Shown piece by piece: positions 20,416 to 31,341 of a stretch of 64,000 nucleotides of DNA. Source of the stretch: an uncultured Chloroflexia bacterium (GTDB lineage: Bacteria; Chloroflexota; UBA6077; JACCZL01); contig CAVXYC010000001.1 of NCBI GenBank assembly GCA_963765765.1, positions 1 through 64,000 of the forward strand, written 5' to 3'. The position numbers were made by a program, and so were the translations under genes. The notes under the pieces are model-generated. The model saw only the letters and a list, made by a program, of their open reading frames with translations, searched no databases and had not been told where the DNA came from. Numbering within the stretch: the first letter of the stretch is position 1; the number at the start of each line of letters is the position of its first letter.

Positions 20416-20868
20416 TTATCGCGTACTGCCCAGCGGCGGGTCGAAGGTCCACTCCTGCTCGGCTCCGCTGGTGTCCTCCCACTGCACCACCACCGTCCCA
20501 TTCGCCTGGGAGGCGCCTGGCACGGCGAGCAGCTTCCGGCTGGCCTGGTTGCGCAGCCGCATCCCGCCGTTCGGGCCCGGCTCCAGCGTCCACACCTGGT
20601 CCGATTCCCCGCGGTCATCCCATTGGATCAGCTCCGTGCCGTTGTCGCGGGATCCCTGGGGATTGGCCAGCACCTTGCCGCTCGCCGCGTTCCGGAGCTG
20701 GGCACCGCCGCCCGGCACGGGCTCGAGCGTCCAGGCCTGCTCGGGGCCACCCGAGTCGTCCCATTGGATGATTTTGGCGCCGCTGTCGCGGGAGCCGCCG
20801 GGGTTGGCCAGGAGCTTGCGACTGGCGAGATTGCGGAGACGGTACGCGATTGGACGCATGGTCATGAT
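20416..20868 (-). CDS. ricin-type beta-trefoil (RICIN) lectin domain protein
   Basis: Three repeats of LRNxASxKxLAxPGxSxxNGxxxIQW..EQxW. Confidence 0.88.
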   Translation of the reverse strand: MMTMRPIAYRLRNLASRKLLANPGGSRDSGAKIIQWDDSGGPEQAWTLEPVPGGGAQLRNAASGKVLANPQGSRDNGTELIQWDDRGESDQVWTLEPGPNGGMRLRNQASRKLLAVPGASQANGTVVVQWEDTSGAEQEWTFDPPLGSTR

Positions 20869-21186
20869 GTGCCTCGTGACGGGGCTCATCGGGACGGCCG
20901 CGGTCGCTCATGCGCCGTTCCCGATGGACCCGGTCGTGGGTGCAAGCGGCGTGCCTCTGCGCAAAGGGAGTACCGTCGCCTCTACGATGCATGTGTGATG
21001 TGTGCGTGAATCAGCGAGCGGGAGATTTCCGTGCGCTGCTGGTCCATCATTACGCCGTCCGACCGCGGGGGCGCAAACGGTTGCGCTGGCAGTGCACCGA
21101 GCGCGAGACGAGGGAGTCTGCTGGAATTGGTAGCCCATGCGAAACGATCGGATGGAGCGGTCCGGCTAGCGGACTCGGAGATGCAG

Positions 21187-21315
21187 CGTGAAAGCGAAGG
21201 GGAGAGTCCCGGCCCCGACACCATTCTTATTGTTGGCGTAATAGTCATCTCGATGCACATTGCCCGGTAAATGAAAACCCTACGCCCGGGCCTGCCCTTC
21301 CGGGTAACCGTCCCG
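21187..21315 (+). repeat. complete family B site with both flanking arms
   Basis: CGTGAAAGCGAAGG...TGTTGGCGTAA-TAGTCA-TCTCGATGCAC-ATTGCCCGGT...GGTAACCGT. Confidence 0.65.
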
Positions 21316-21479
21316 CTCCAGCGTCTTCTGGGTGAACTTCCGTTCTTCGCAATGGGCTTCGATGCATGCGGTCGGCGTGCGACCCGTCCCATCCGGCTAG
21401 CATCGCGGCATCGGCTTCGCTGGCTGCACTGGTCGTGAGGTCGCTGACCGTCTGGCGAGGGCTAGGTCGGCCGAAGGAG

Positions 21480-21713
21480 TGGGGGTGGTGACCGTTCCCG
21501 TTCTATCACTCCATGCTGGCGATCCGGCAGCACTTTGGCGCCGGCACACCGCTGTACCGCACAACCGCGTCGTCCGGGGATATCGAGGTGTTGGCCTCCG
21601 CGACGCAGACCCTGCTGGTCAACAAGCGATCGACGGCCGTCACCGTAGGCATAAACGGTAAGACTGTATCCATGGGGGCGCACAAGGTAGTAGTGATTTC
21701 GGCGGGCCCCTAG
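21480..21713 (+). pseudogene. orphan C-terminal beta-rich fragment
   Basis: DIEVLASATQTLLVNKRSTAVTVGING; no convincing start or RBS. Confidence 0.35.
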
Positions 21714-22042
21714 TTACTCTGTCACATGGCGCTTGACGACTCGACGCTTATGCTTGATTCGGCTGCCTCGCTCTTAGGCCAGCCAACCTGGTCGCGCTGC
21801 GACCAGGTTGGCTGGCGGCGATCTTCCGCTCGAGTGTGGCAATAGTGCACGCCCGTTTCCCTCGACCACCGCGTTTCAACCCGGCCGGTCGGCCCGGCCT
21901 CGAAGTACAAGGCTGGGCCCGCTCAGGTTGTCCTAGACAGCACGAAGCACTCGCCCATTGGGTAGTGCCCATCGCTCGGCCCTTGACGGCCTGAGCCGAC
22001 TCGACGGCGGCGCACCATCCGGAAGTGGCTCGAACTAAGCGG

Positions 22043-23776
22043 CTATCGTGCCGTGGTGACCAGCGACTGCAGTGGCTGGTCTCGGAGTGAATTTCGAATG
22101 TGGCGTGCCAGTCTCACCGCGAAGACGACGATCATGAACGTCGAGTTCGCTTGGCTGGAGGTCACGAATGACGAGCTACTGGCCACGAAGAGATTATCCG
22201 TCCCGTGTACGGCCAGGTCAGCATCGACGACCCCATCAGCGGCTCGCTCTGCCATCCTTGTGGTTCCAATTTGATGAAAACCGCCGCCGAGTCGCTCCCA
22301 GATTCGCGCCTCAGAATCGCTGCTGAGATACTCTAGGCGACCACAATTTGTTTTCCGTAAATAGTTATCCCAGTGTCGATGTGCGCGCAGCACGCCATCA
22401 ACATCCTTGGCGGAGAAACGCAGGTCGATCTTGAGCCGCGGCATGCCGAAGTCGTCTCGTTCGGTTCCCAGCGTGACTCGACTGTTGTAATCGGGGAGGT
22501 GCTCGCCATGGTATTGAAGCGGGTACACGTTCTCGGGACTGTAGATAAAGAAGCCGGGCGCTCTTCTACGCCTAGCAAGGAAGCGCCCAGTTCCGAAACC
22601 AGCAATGAAGCGCAAGGTCGCACCCCACTCACGCACCATATTCTTAATGTGTAGGCTGAGCGGCCCCTTCTCAGCAGCACCGTAGGGCGAACCCGGAACG
22701 GCGGAACCTGTGAGAGACAATCGCTGGGCGTCGGGTGCCACAAGCGGACCTAAGGGTGAAGCAAGCGCTAGATATGCGAATGAGAGAGGGCCACTCCTGT
22801 GTCTAGGATCTGGCAAGTCCCTGTTCGCAAGCCAAGCAACAATGTTCGGCAACTGTTCTTGATGCTGAAACGTCCGAGTGAACGAAAATCGGCGGCGCAC
22901 AAAGGTTCCGTCTTCGTCCCGTTCGTAATCGAAAATTGTGGACTTTGGTGGTGTGGAAAATCTGACGTTCGCGATGACGCCCTCAGCATGGCCCATGTAC
23001 CAACGCCCAAGGTGGCCCGAGTGGTCGCCAAGAGCGTGACCCTGGGGCGCCCCGGAGTACGCGAGCAGGATGCGCGTGCTTTCCAAACCACCTGCAGCCA
23101 GGACAAACTGCCGCCCCCGGACGGTGACCCACTTCAGTGTGGACGTGCGGCCTTCAAGCCAATCCACCCGGTTATCGCTGGCACGGCAGACAATCTCGGT
23201 GCACGTTAATTCAGTAATCAGTCGAATGCGTTTGGACCTGCGTAGCTGCCTTGCATATTCACGTCCAAAGTTTGTTGGCAGTGACCAGCGCTCGAGTGCC
23301 GAACTGCGCACTGCATCGTTCGGAAGGCCGGGAACAATCGAGTTGGGCAACCCTTCGACCGCTGTCGAATCAAAAACCGGTCGGCCGCACACAAGCCAAT
23401 TGCAGGCTCTTTAAAAGTATGGCGTTAACGCTTCATAGGAGAGAGGCCAGCTGGCGTTGCGCACGAAATTCCGGCGGTCGAAGTCAACCGGGTAATAGGG
23501 GACGCAGCGCCGTCCCCAGATAACAGAGGCCCCGCCCACCTGGCGTCGTGTCGCCATGGAGACCTCTGCGTGGCGCCTGGGGTCCCATTCCGATGCTTCA
23601 GCCGAACGTTGAATCCGCGGGTCGAACTTTTCACCGCCGCTCTCGATCAAGATGACCGTAAAGCCCTCGCTGGCAACCTCAAGGGCAGTGACGATTCCCG
23701 CGGGGCCAGCACCAACGACTACAACATCAGCGGAGAGCTCGGCCTCGTCCTCTAACGCTGTTCCGTCTATTTTCAA
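22043..23776 (-). CDS. GMC-family FAD oxidoreductase, frameshifted near 23400
   Basis: VVVVGAGPAG, RQVGG, VLAAGGLESTRILL, HQIGTTRM, GVVDADLAVHGTDNLFV. Confidence 0.9.
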
Positions 23777-24803
23777 AGCGGGACTTCCGACTGACCACGA
23801 ATGCTCGACGCCTCAGCGGCGACCAGCTTTCGAAAAGCTTCAAGCACCGGAAGTACAACGTATGGCTCAGCGCCCGCCGCGGCAACAGCAGAATCGATCT
23901 TCGCTTCACTAACGGTACTGAAGATCACGACAGTTCGTCTGTGTCGTTCTAGCTCATCCTGCAGCAACAGGCATGCAACCGACTGAGGGTCACCGCAGTC
24001 GAGGCCAAGGGAGGCACTCCAAGCCTCACGTCGCTCGGGGTGTGCCGTTAAATAGTCGACGATCTGGGGAAGCGCATTCCGCAGGACGCCATAGGTGACC
24101 CGCGCCTGGGTAATCACGGCTGAGGCCCGTTCGAGTGGGCTGGAGAATATGTCTTCAGGGACCTGGAGAACTGGTACCGGCCTGGGAAACCGTGTGGCAG
24201 CGGTCACGCTAGGGGTCAAATCGCCTGCGATGCCCCAGGCGCGGATTCGGCCAGCGTCTCGGGCCCGCTCAAGAAACTCGCAGGTGTCGTCGTAGCTGAT
24301 ATCGTCCGGAAGTGGGTCGTGAAGCAAGAAGAGATCAATGTAGTCGGTTCTCAACGCCCGGAGTGCTCGACTCCAAACTCAACTGCGCGGATGAACCGGT
24401 ATAGCCGTCGGACGAGTAGAGTAATGATCCCGCTCGCCCCGATGAAGGACCCGCCGCATTCGAACGAAGCCCCTGACGAAGGCCTGGGGCGATCGCTAAC
24501 AACTTGCGCACAGGGGCTCGCGATACGCGCAACGCCTCGGGCCAGCGAGGTGGGCTTAATTCCGAACTTCGTAGTAATGGTGATACTGTCGCGACGCCCT
24601 TGACAAAAGCGTCCAAGTTCGCTCTCTGCGAGACCGAGACCATACATGGGAGCGACATCAAAGTGACGGACCCCTCTTTCGAACGCGGAGCGCAGAAGGC
24701 GAGATCGTTCAGCCCTAGTCGGGGCACGGAAAAGATCGGCACAGCCAAAACCCAGAACGGTCGTATGAATGTTCGTGCCCGGCAAGGTCACTGCGCGCAG
24801 CAT
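23773..24803 (-). CDS. aldo/keto reductase, frameshifted near 24360
   Basis: LGFGCA, FDVAPMYGLGLAE, TTKFG, RTDYIDLFLLHDP, GRIRAWG. Confidence 0.9.
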
Positions 24804-26083
24804 GGTAGATCTCCCAGTCTGGCGGATGCCGCGATCCCACCACGCTGGCCATGTGATGGAGAAGCTAATGAATTCACAGTTACCTCAATTGCAGGCTGCC
24901 CGGTACCCAGTCAAATGCTGCAATCCCAGCTCCGTGAGATGATCACTCGGGCCCGACCTGTGCGTGCCACCGTCAAGACAGGTCGTTCCGCCTGGGTGTA
25001 CCAACGGTACTTGGATGCTGACAATCTTCCGAGCGTTGTGCTCCCGGCCTTAGCAGACTTCATGCCAGCCCCCCCACGCAGCGCGTCAACATTCAGCATG
25101 CTATCGTGCCGTCATTTGGAGACGACTCCGGGACTCAGGGGAGTCAGGAGCACCTGCCAGGGCTTGACGATTCCGCAGTACCCCGTATCCGAAATCAGCG
25201 GGGCGGCTCGCCGTGTCACATCACCTGGACCTGACTCCAAATGCCGCTGCACCAGGATGAAATGGCCGCGACTCGTGGTCTCTCACTGCTCGGTCACGGC
25301 AATACCCAGTCGGCGGGAAAAGATTTTCGAGCCGACTACCCATGGCCCAACTTTTCAGCATCTCATCAGCTTGCAGCCGAGTGGCAATCACGCCCCGAGC
25401 ACGATAGGCGAACACCAGCCGCAAGACGGCGCTTTTGATAACGGCTGGGCTCGGGCGATCACTGATGGAGCGGCTTTGGACACCGTACTGAATGACGTTC
25501 AAGTGAAGCTGGGCTCGAGGACTAACGCCAGAACGACGCCGGGACGAGAGCGCTATAGACCATCACGAGGGCGCGTGGGGCACAGGATAAGGGGCGCGAG
25601 CAATACCCTGGGCGTTTCACTCCAGTGGCCGCAATGCGATGCGGAAGGCCCAGTTGCTCGCGTTTGAAACCGTTACTCGCGAGGGCGGAGCGTTCTCGAT
25701 AGCGGTATCTCAATTCGAGCCCGGCTTTTTCAGGGCGTGTTGGCAGCGTCCTGTCCAAATCCAACCAAGATCGGGTGGGCGCTCCTCCCCACTCACTTCG
25801 GACTGCCTGTGTGGCGTCGTTTCTGTTTGCACCTGACATCCTTGTCATCCTAAATGCCTTTGTCGAACTGGCAGCCGCGATGCCCACAGTGCATCGCAGG
25901 CGCGAGTATCGGCGGGGCGAGTCCGATGGCGAGGAGAGATGCAAACCGTTGCGCCGGCCGATAGATCCGGCAGGATCGCCTGTACTGGCGCTGGTCTTGA
26001 TCGGCCGTCTGGACGATTGCGCCAGTAGGTAGGCGAAAGTAAAATGGCAACGGCCAGGCTGCCCACAAGCTCCCTCGGCCGAA

Positions 26084-26111
26084 GTACCCCGGGGTTGCCT
26101 CCCCGGGGTAC
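26084..26111. repeat. GC-rich hairpin in a gene-poor region
   Basis: GTACCCCGGGG-TTGCCT-CCCCGGGGTAC. Confidence 0.6.
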
Positions 26112-26447
26112 CCTTCTCAATCCACCCGCTACGTTAAAGAATCAAACGCGCTCGGGAAAGTACCTCCAGCGGCGGGAATTAGACCAGGCCGCAAGTGCAT
26201 GTCCTGTGCCAGCGCTGGAAGCTGCGTCCTCCTATGTAATAGCCTGAACCAGCAAGGTCCTTTGAGCGACCGTTAGCTCTATTGGAGTGGCACTTCTCGG
26301 ACCGCGCAGCGCCCCAGACGGTCATCGCAGCCCGGCTACGTCCACAAGCCGCGCTGGGCGAGACGGAGTCACCCCGAGTACGAACCAGGCCCCAGACATC
26401 GTGCTGTAAGGCTCCCGTCGGAGCCGCGTTACTGCCGGCCGGTACGG

Positions 26448-27781
26448 CTATATGCCGCGGAACAGGCGTTTCAGTGTGGCATCGTAATTCCACAGCGGCG
26501 CCCAGGTCTCGGATCGCGGCAGATAATATTGGCGGAACTGTCGGTATTCGTCCTGCCACCAGTAGGGCAAGTTTTGGAGGGCGATGCCGTCGGCGCCGTT
26601 CGCCAGCGCGCGCGTGATGAGATCTTCCGCCTGCTGGGGCGAGACCTGCTCATACCACGCCGTCGCGAGTCCTAATACCACCAAAGCTCGCCGTCCCCCG
26701 ACAGCCGCCGCCCGGCGATCTAGCTCGGCGATCGTCTCGTGCAGGTAGGTCTCGACACTCCAGAGGTCGCGCGCTTCGGCGTAGTACATGGGATAGACCG
26801 CGTCCACCAGGCCCTCCGAGGCCCACCGTCGCCAATCCTGGAACACGCCGCGATACGCCCATTCGGTACTCGGGAACACGTCGGCGGCGACGGTCAGGCC
26901 CGGTCGCTTTTGATCCACCAGCGCCCGGATGCGCCGCACCAGGTCCGTGATCTCTCCCGTCCTCCAGGCGATGTACTCGTCCTGATGGTGTAGCCGAATA
27001 AACTCTGCCCGCGCAGCAGCATCTGGCAGCGCCGCCGGGCAGCGACGGTTCCGGTCGCGGCCCCAAATCGTCCCAGGCAGGCATCGGAGTAACAGCCGCC
27101 CAGCCCCGGATCGCGAATGTAATCGAGATGCACGCCCTCGATGGTTGGGTATCGATCGAGTGCCTCGGCCAGCATCCCCAGGAGCCGATCCTGCACCGCC
27201 GGGTGACCGAGGTCCCACCACAGGAACGTCCCCCACGCGGTGGCAGTCCCGGCCGCGCCGCTGAGCGTGCCGCGGCCATTCGCGGCGACTACGTCCCATT
27301 CGGGGTTCGCTCGCAGATCTGGGGCGGCCCAGGGATCTTCGAGGAAGCCGACGAAGCCCGCGAGCACGTAGAGCTCGGTCCCGATTCCTCGCTCGTCGCC
27401 CCCTAGGACGGCGGCGTCGAGCGGGCTGCGCTCACCGAACAGCGCCCGTGTATCGGGGAATCGATCGGAGGGCCAATTCACCCGGCCCGATGACAGCGCC
27501 AACGGCAGGTAGGTCGTGATCCCGACCTCCCACATCCAGTCGAGCTCACGCAAGACGAAATCGGGCTCGCGCGCGTAGATATCGGATTGCCACGGCTTAT
27601 AGTCGGAATGCGGCCAGACGGCGTAGATGCGCGACGCCTGCCCAACGCTGGCTCCTGGAACGATGGCCAGGCTCAGGGCCCCAAGCACCGCCAGGAGAAG
27701 CGGTAGTCCTCCTTGTCGCGCTCGATACCAGATTCGCCTTGCGGCGCCGAGAGCACTGCGGGACTGGAGCGGGACTCCCAT
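26448..27781 (-). CDS. glycoside hydrolase family 10-like (GHL10/DUF187) exported protein, frameshifted
   Basis: DLGHPAVQDRL, EGVHLDYIR, WRTGEITDLVRRI, FQDWRRW..GLVDAVYPMYY. Confidence 0.85.
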
Positions 27782-28039
27782 TATGACATCATCCTGCTAC
27801 GCCTTCCTCACTCCCATCTTACCGTTCGATGTCCGGTGCCCCATGGCGGCAAGACAGGATAGACAAACGAGGGTCTCAAACTGGGCGATCTTGAAATCCG
27901 AGGCGACGCTGGCGGGACGGCTAGAAGGCACTCCGGATGCATTCGCCCATCTTGCCCAGGACGGTCCAGAGCGCACCACGTCATGCACGTTTCCAGCAAT
28001 GCTATCAACGGTGCGCAGCGACTTGTGTCGTTCCTGCAA

Positions 28040-28200
28040 CGGTCCGAGTTGATCGGACCGGGCTCCCTTCCAGATCCCCGGAGCTGAACCGCAACGCCGA
28101 GCTTCTCGCCATCTTTCTTGAGACCATACCCCAACGTCTTGGATTGCGTTGGGCCATCGAATTCCGAAACGCATCCTGGAATGCGGACGGAGAACCTGGG
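28040..28200 (+). pseudogene. DUF72 (YecE-like) fragment
   Basis: LAIFLETIP..RWAIEFRNASW resembles the AxEFRHxSW motif; no intact ORF. Confidence 0.5.
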
Positions 28201-28277
28201 CCGCGGTCATCAAAGAGGGGCCATCGTCAAAGCGTCCCGCTTCAAAACAATATTCGTGCCACAAGCTACGTCGACAA

Positions 28278-28320
28278 CAGAAAAGGGATGGGCCGCCATT
28301 GGCGGCCCATCCCTTTTCTG
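28278..28320. terminator. bidirectional intrinsic terminator
   Basis: 21-bp perfect inverted repeat CAGAAAAGGGATGGGCCGCCA / TGGCGGCCCATCCCTTTTCTG. Confidence 0.85.
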
Positions 28321-28339
28321 ATCCTACGCTTCGTAGTAG

Positions 28340-28609
28340 TTAGACGGGCGAGCGTCCCGGAAGGGCACGCACAAGCGCGATGAGTAAACAAGCGCCGATG
28401 AACGCGACGATGATGCTGCCAAGGAGACCCGCGCTGCTACCAGGAGCGAGAATTCCGAAAAGCAGGCCGCCGACGAAGGCGCCGACGATGCCTACGATGA
28501 TATCGCCGGCAACTCCGTATCCACCGCCGCGCATGAACTGTCCGGCTAGCCAGCCAGCAATGAGTCCAACAATGAGCCACGCAATAAGGCCGCCAGGTTC
28601 GAGTGCCAT
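28340..28609 (-). CDS. GlsB/YeaQ/YmgE (transglycosylase-associated) stress membrane protein
   Basis: WLIVGLIAGWLAG..GGGYG..DIIVGIVGAFVGG. Confidence 0.92.
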   Translation of the reverse strand: MALEPGGLIAWLIVGLIAGWLAGQFMRGGGYGVAGDIIVGIVGAFVGGLLFGILAPGSSAGLLGSIIVAFIGACLLIALVRALPGRSPV

Positions 28610-28627
28610 TTCAAATCTCCCCTTCGA

Positions 28628-28720
28628 TTACATCCCAAAGAATTCCAGGATGACGATGAAAAGGGTTAATACGAGCAGGCTGGCCATAAGTCCAAAACCC
28701 CACGCGTAAACCTTTGTCAT
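28628..28720 (-). CDS. 30-aa single-TM small protein
   Basis: MTKVYAWGFGLMASLLVLTLFIVILEFFGM with AGGA RBS, co-oriented between two small membrane genes. Confidence 0.55.
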   Translation of the reverse strand: MTKVYAWGFGLMASLLVLTLFIVILEFFGM

Positions 28721-28758
28721 GTCATCCTGTCCAATTCCGATCTTCCAGCTATCTGTAC

Positions 28759-29022
28759 TCAGGGGTTGCTCGGCGCCGACTGAGCAGGCGGATTAACGTT
28801 CACATCGATCTTCCCGGACGGCGCCGGGGCCTGTGGTGGGTTGACCTGGATGTTGGTTGGGCTATTGGTCTGCGGTGTATTCCCGCTTGATCGGAACGCA
28901 CCGTTGAAGAGAAAGAATGCCGCCACGGCCAACACGGCCACGACCAGCACGATGCCCAGCATCATCCCCATTGCTGTACCACCACCACTATCCGTGTGGT
29001 GTACCTCTCGGACTTCTCGCAC
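28759..29022 (-). CDS. small membrane protein with Pro/Asn-rich tail
   Basis: GAGGA RBS, single TM segment, low-complexity C-terminus. Confidence 0.75.
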   Translation of the reverse strand: MREVREVHHTDSGGGTAMGMMLGIVLVVAVLAVAAFFLFNGAFRSSGNTPQTNSPTNIQVNPPQAPAPSGKIDVNVNPPAQSAPSNP

Positions 29023-29118
29023 TAGACAGTCCTCGCTTTCTCCCGGGCACTCTCAACGCTGCGCCACGGGTTTTCTCGCATGGCGACTTAGGCAAACCGT
29101 GTGCCATTTCGAAACCGT

Positions 29119-29183
29119 GGTGCAAATAGGGTGGAAAAAAGGTGCAAATGGGGTTGACAAATGGGGTTGAAAAAAGGTGAAAG
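29119..29183. promoter_or_regulatory. imperfect tandem repeats in a divergent promoter region
   Basis: Repeated CAAAT(A/G)GGGT(G/T)GA and AAAAAAGGTG units; includes TTGACA. Confidence 0.4.
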
Positions 29184-29344
29184 GAGCTACCACCAGCGAA
29201 ACCTCTGCGTGGCACAAACCGTGCACCGGGCCTACAGCCCATTGACGGATTGGCAGCCACGATGACAGCTCGCTGAGCGCTTCTGGATCAGTCTTTTCGT
29301 CAGACACGGCTCGCCGATCAGGCGCAGCGGAAGGGAGGATCACT

Positions 29345-29491
29345 ATGATCTGGACACTCCTGGCCGTGCTCGTGGTGTTGTGGCTGTTTGGCCTCGTCTC
29401 CGGTGCCGTGGGCAACCTCATACACCTGCTGCTCGTAGCGGCCGTTATCGTTTTTGTGTTCCAGTTCATCACCGGCCGTCGCGCCGTCTGA
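29345..29491 (+). CDS. lmo0937-like (DUF5670) small membrane protein
   Basis: GGAGG RBS; MIWTLLAVLVVLWLFGLVSGAVGNLIHLLLVAAVIVFVFQFITGRRAV. Confidence 0.85.
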   Translation: MIWTLLAVLVVLWLFGLVSGAVGNLIHLLLVAAVIVFVFQFITGRRAV

Positions 29492-29854
29492 TCGCGCATC
29501 AGCGACCCATCGGTAGCGAAGCGGCCGGGCCGGTTGCAATACAGCTTGCCCACCCGCTCCCGCCGATGGTGTCTCTCATGTCAGCTTAGATACTCGAGCC
29601 AGGAATGATCACCGCCACACCGGCGCCGCCCCGACTAAGGAACAGGGGATAGCTTCATGCACTGGATTGGGGCGGGCGGGCTCAATTGCCGACTGGAAGC
29701 GGTAACGTTACGGAGGCGATGTGACTTTTAAGACTATGTCTCTCGCGTAAGAGGTGCGGCAGAAGAAGTTCCACCAATATCCGCGACTGATACGTGCTCC
29801 GTTGAGGCGTGTGTGAAATCCGCACTCTGTCCTTCGCCCGCAAGGATTCGAGCA

Positions 29855-30337
29855 TTGAATGAATCCTGGGAGAAGAAGTTGAACGATCTCTTTCGAACAT
29901 TTGCGCACCGCACATCGAACGCCGTGGGTACACCATGGGCGTTTCTCATTGCAGTTGCTGTCATTGTTATCTGGGCGGTTTCCGGACCTCTCTTCGGCTA
30001 CTCCGACACGTGGCAGCTGGTTATCAATACGGGCACAACGATAGTCACGTTTCTGATGGTCTTCTTGATTCAGAACACACAGAATCGTGACGCTGCGGCG
30101 CTCCATCTCAAGCTTGATGAGCTACTGCGGGCTGTAGAAGGGGCGCGCGAACAGAAATTTGTGGATCTCGAAGAGAAGAGTGATGAAGTGGTTCAGCATG
30201 TCAAGAAAGAACTTCTGGAGCAGGCTGGCTCGATCGCTACGGAACAGCAGCGTGTCCAACAGGACCGCATGCGGCAAGAAACGGAGAAGGCCGAAGACAG
30301 AATGGTCAGCCGGCCGCTGGCTAGACATCTGAACTGA
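29855..30337 (+). CDS. low-affinity iron permease family (Fet4-like) protein
   Basis: GPLFGYSDTWQLVINTGTTIVTFLMVFLIQNTQNRD..LKLDEL. Confidence 0.92.
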   Translation: MNESWEKKLNDLFRTFAHRTSNAVGTPWAFLIAVAVIVIWAVSGPLFGYSDTWQLVINTGTTIVTFLMVFLIQNTQNRDAAALHLKLDELLRAVEGAREQKFVDLEEKSDEVVQHVKKELLEQAGSIATEQQRVQQDRMRQETEKAEDRMVSRPLARHLN

Positions 30338-30940
30338 TCGAAGAATTTGCAGCGACTGGAGCGGACCACAACAACGGTCGCATCGTCGCGTTCGCGGCCC
30401 CAGCCATGCAGGATGGCCTCCGCTGCCTCGTCCACGCTGACGTGGTCGTTCAACGCCGCCCCGGTCTTCGAACCGAGCGCTGACGCCATCGGTATGGAGC
30501 ACCAGCGTCCAGGCTGACTCGAGCGAGTACTCAAAGGTTCGGACGGTCCGCATGGCTACCCCGACGATACCGCGGTAGGAGATCAAGCGTTCCGGTCGGC
30601 CATCCCGATAGAGCCGCCCTTCGACATTCCCTATGCCGCCGAAGTAGAGCCGACACTTTGCTACATCGATCGCGGCCACGCCTATGGCGGCACCTCGCCT
30701 ACCGCGAAGCTGACGATCACAGAGACTCAGTGCATCAGATGGCGATAGATCCGGATGCTCGCGCAGCGCCGACGCCGCCAGCGCCGCATCACCGGCGGCG
30801 TCCACCCCATGCCCGAGAGCGTCGATGACGGCGATTCGACACCGATCTTCGCTCCAATCTACCTGAGCAACATCACCGTTAGCGGTCTCGCCGATGAATG
30901 GTCGCGTTGCGACCGCGATGGTCAGGACGCTTTGAGCCAA
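30330..30940 (-). CDS. RsbX-like SpoIIE/PP2C phosphatase, frameshifted; 3' end approximate
   Basis: GETANGD, IDALGHG, GIGNVEG, GIVG, LHTDGV, DDATVVV. Confidence 0.85.
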
Positions 30941-31341
30941 CGGCGGCCTACGATATCGGTTCCTTGCGCACCGCTTTCGATCTCGAATTCATGCAGCAGT
31001 CGTCGAGCTGCCGGCAAGCCATTGCCGAGCCCACCCTGAGTACTAAATCCATCGGTCATTGCTTGCTCAACGTTCGCAATACCCGGGCCATCATCGTGAC
31101 TCTCGATCTGTATGCCTGAGGTCTGCGTGCCGGTGACCTGCTGGATAACCATGCGCCCGTTTCGGCCATAGCGAGCAAGATTCGTGGCCAGCTCAATCGC
31201 GGCCAATACAACGCGTTCCGCATCAGCCGCTGGAAACCCGGTCTCCATGGCCAGACGTCGCGCCTCACGACGAAGCGTTTCTACATGAACCGTGGAGGTG
31301 ACGAGAAGCTCAACTCGCTCCATTGTTACCGTCGGCACCAT
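30922..31341 (-). CDS. second RsbT-like Ser/Thr kinase
   Basis: ELATNL, DDGPGI..AMTDGFST.GGLGNGLPAARRL. Confidence 0.85.
   Translation of the reverse strand: MVPTVTMERVELLVTSTVHVETLRREARRLAMETGFPAADAERVVLAAIELATNLARYGRNGRMVIQQVTGTQTSGIQIESHDDGPGIANVEQAMTDGFSTQGGLGNGLPAARRLLHEFEIESGAQGTDIVGRRWLKAS

Noticed and set aside
20416-20868. Periodic DNA repeats as a possible CRISPR array
   Set aside because: They are the three coding subdomains of a ricin trefoil. No repeat-spacer pattern or cas genes were seen anywhere in the window.
24504-25667. 387-aa plus-strand ORF and similar long Arg/Pro-rich ORFs
   Set aside because: No recognisable motifs; they overlap real genes on the opposite strand and are shadow ORFs expected at high GC.
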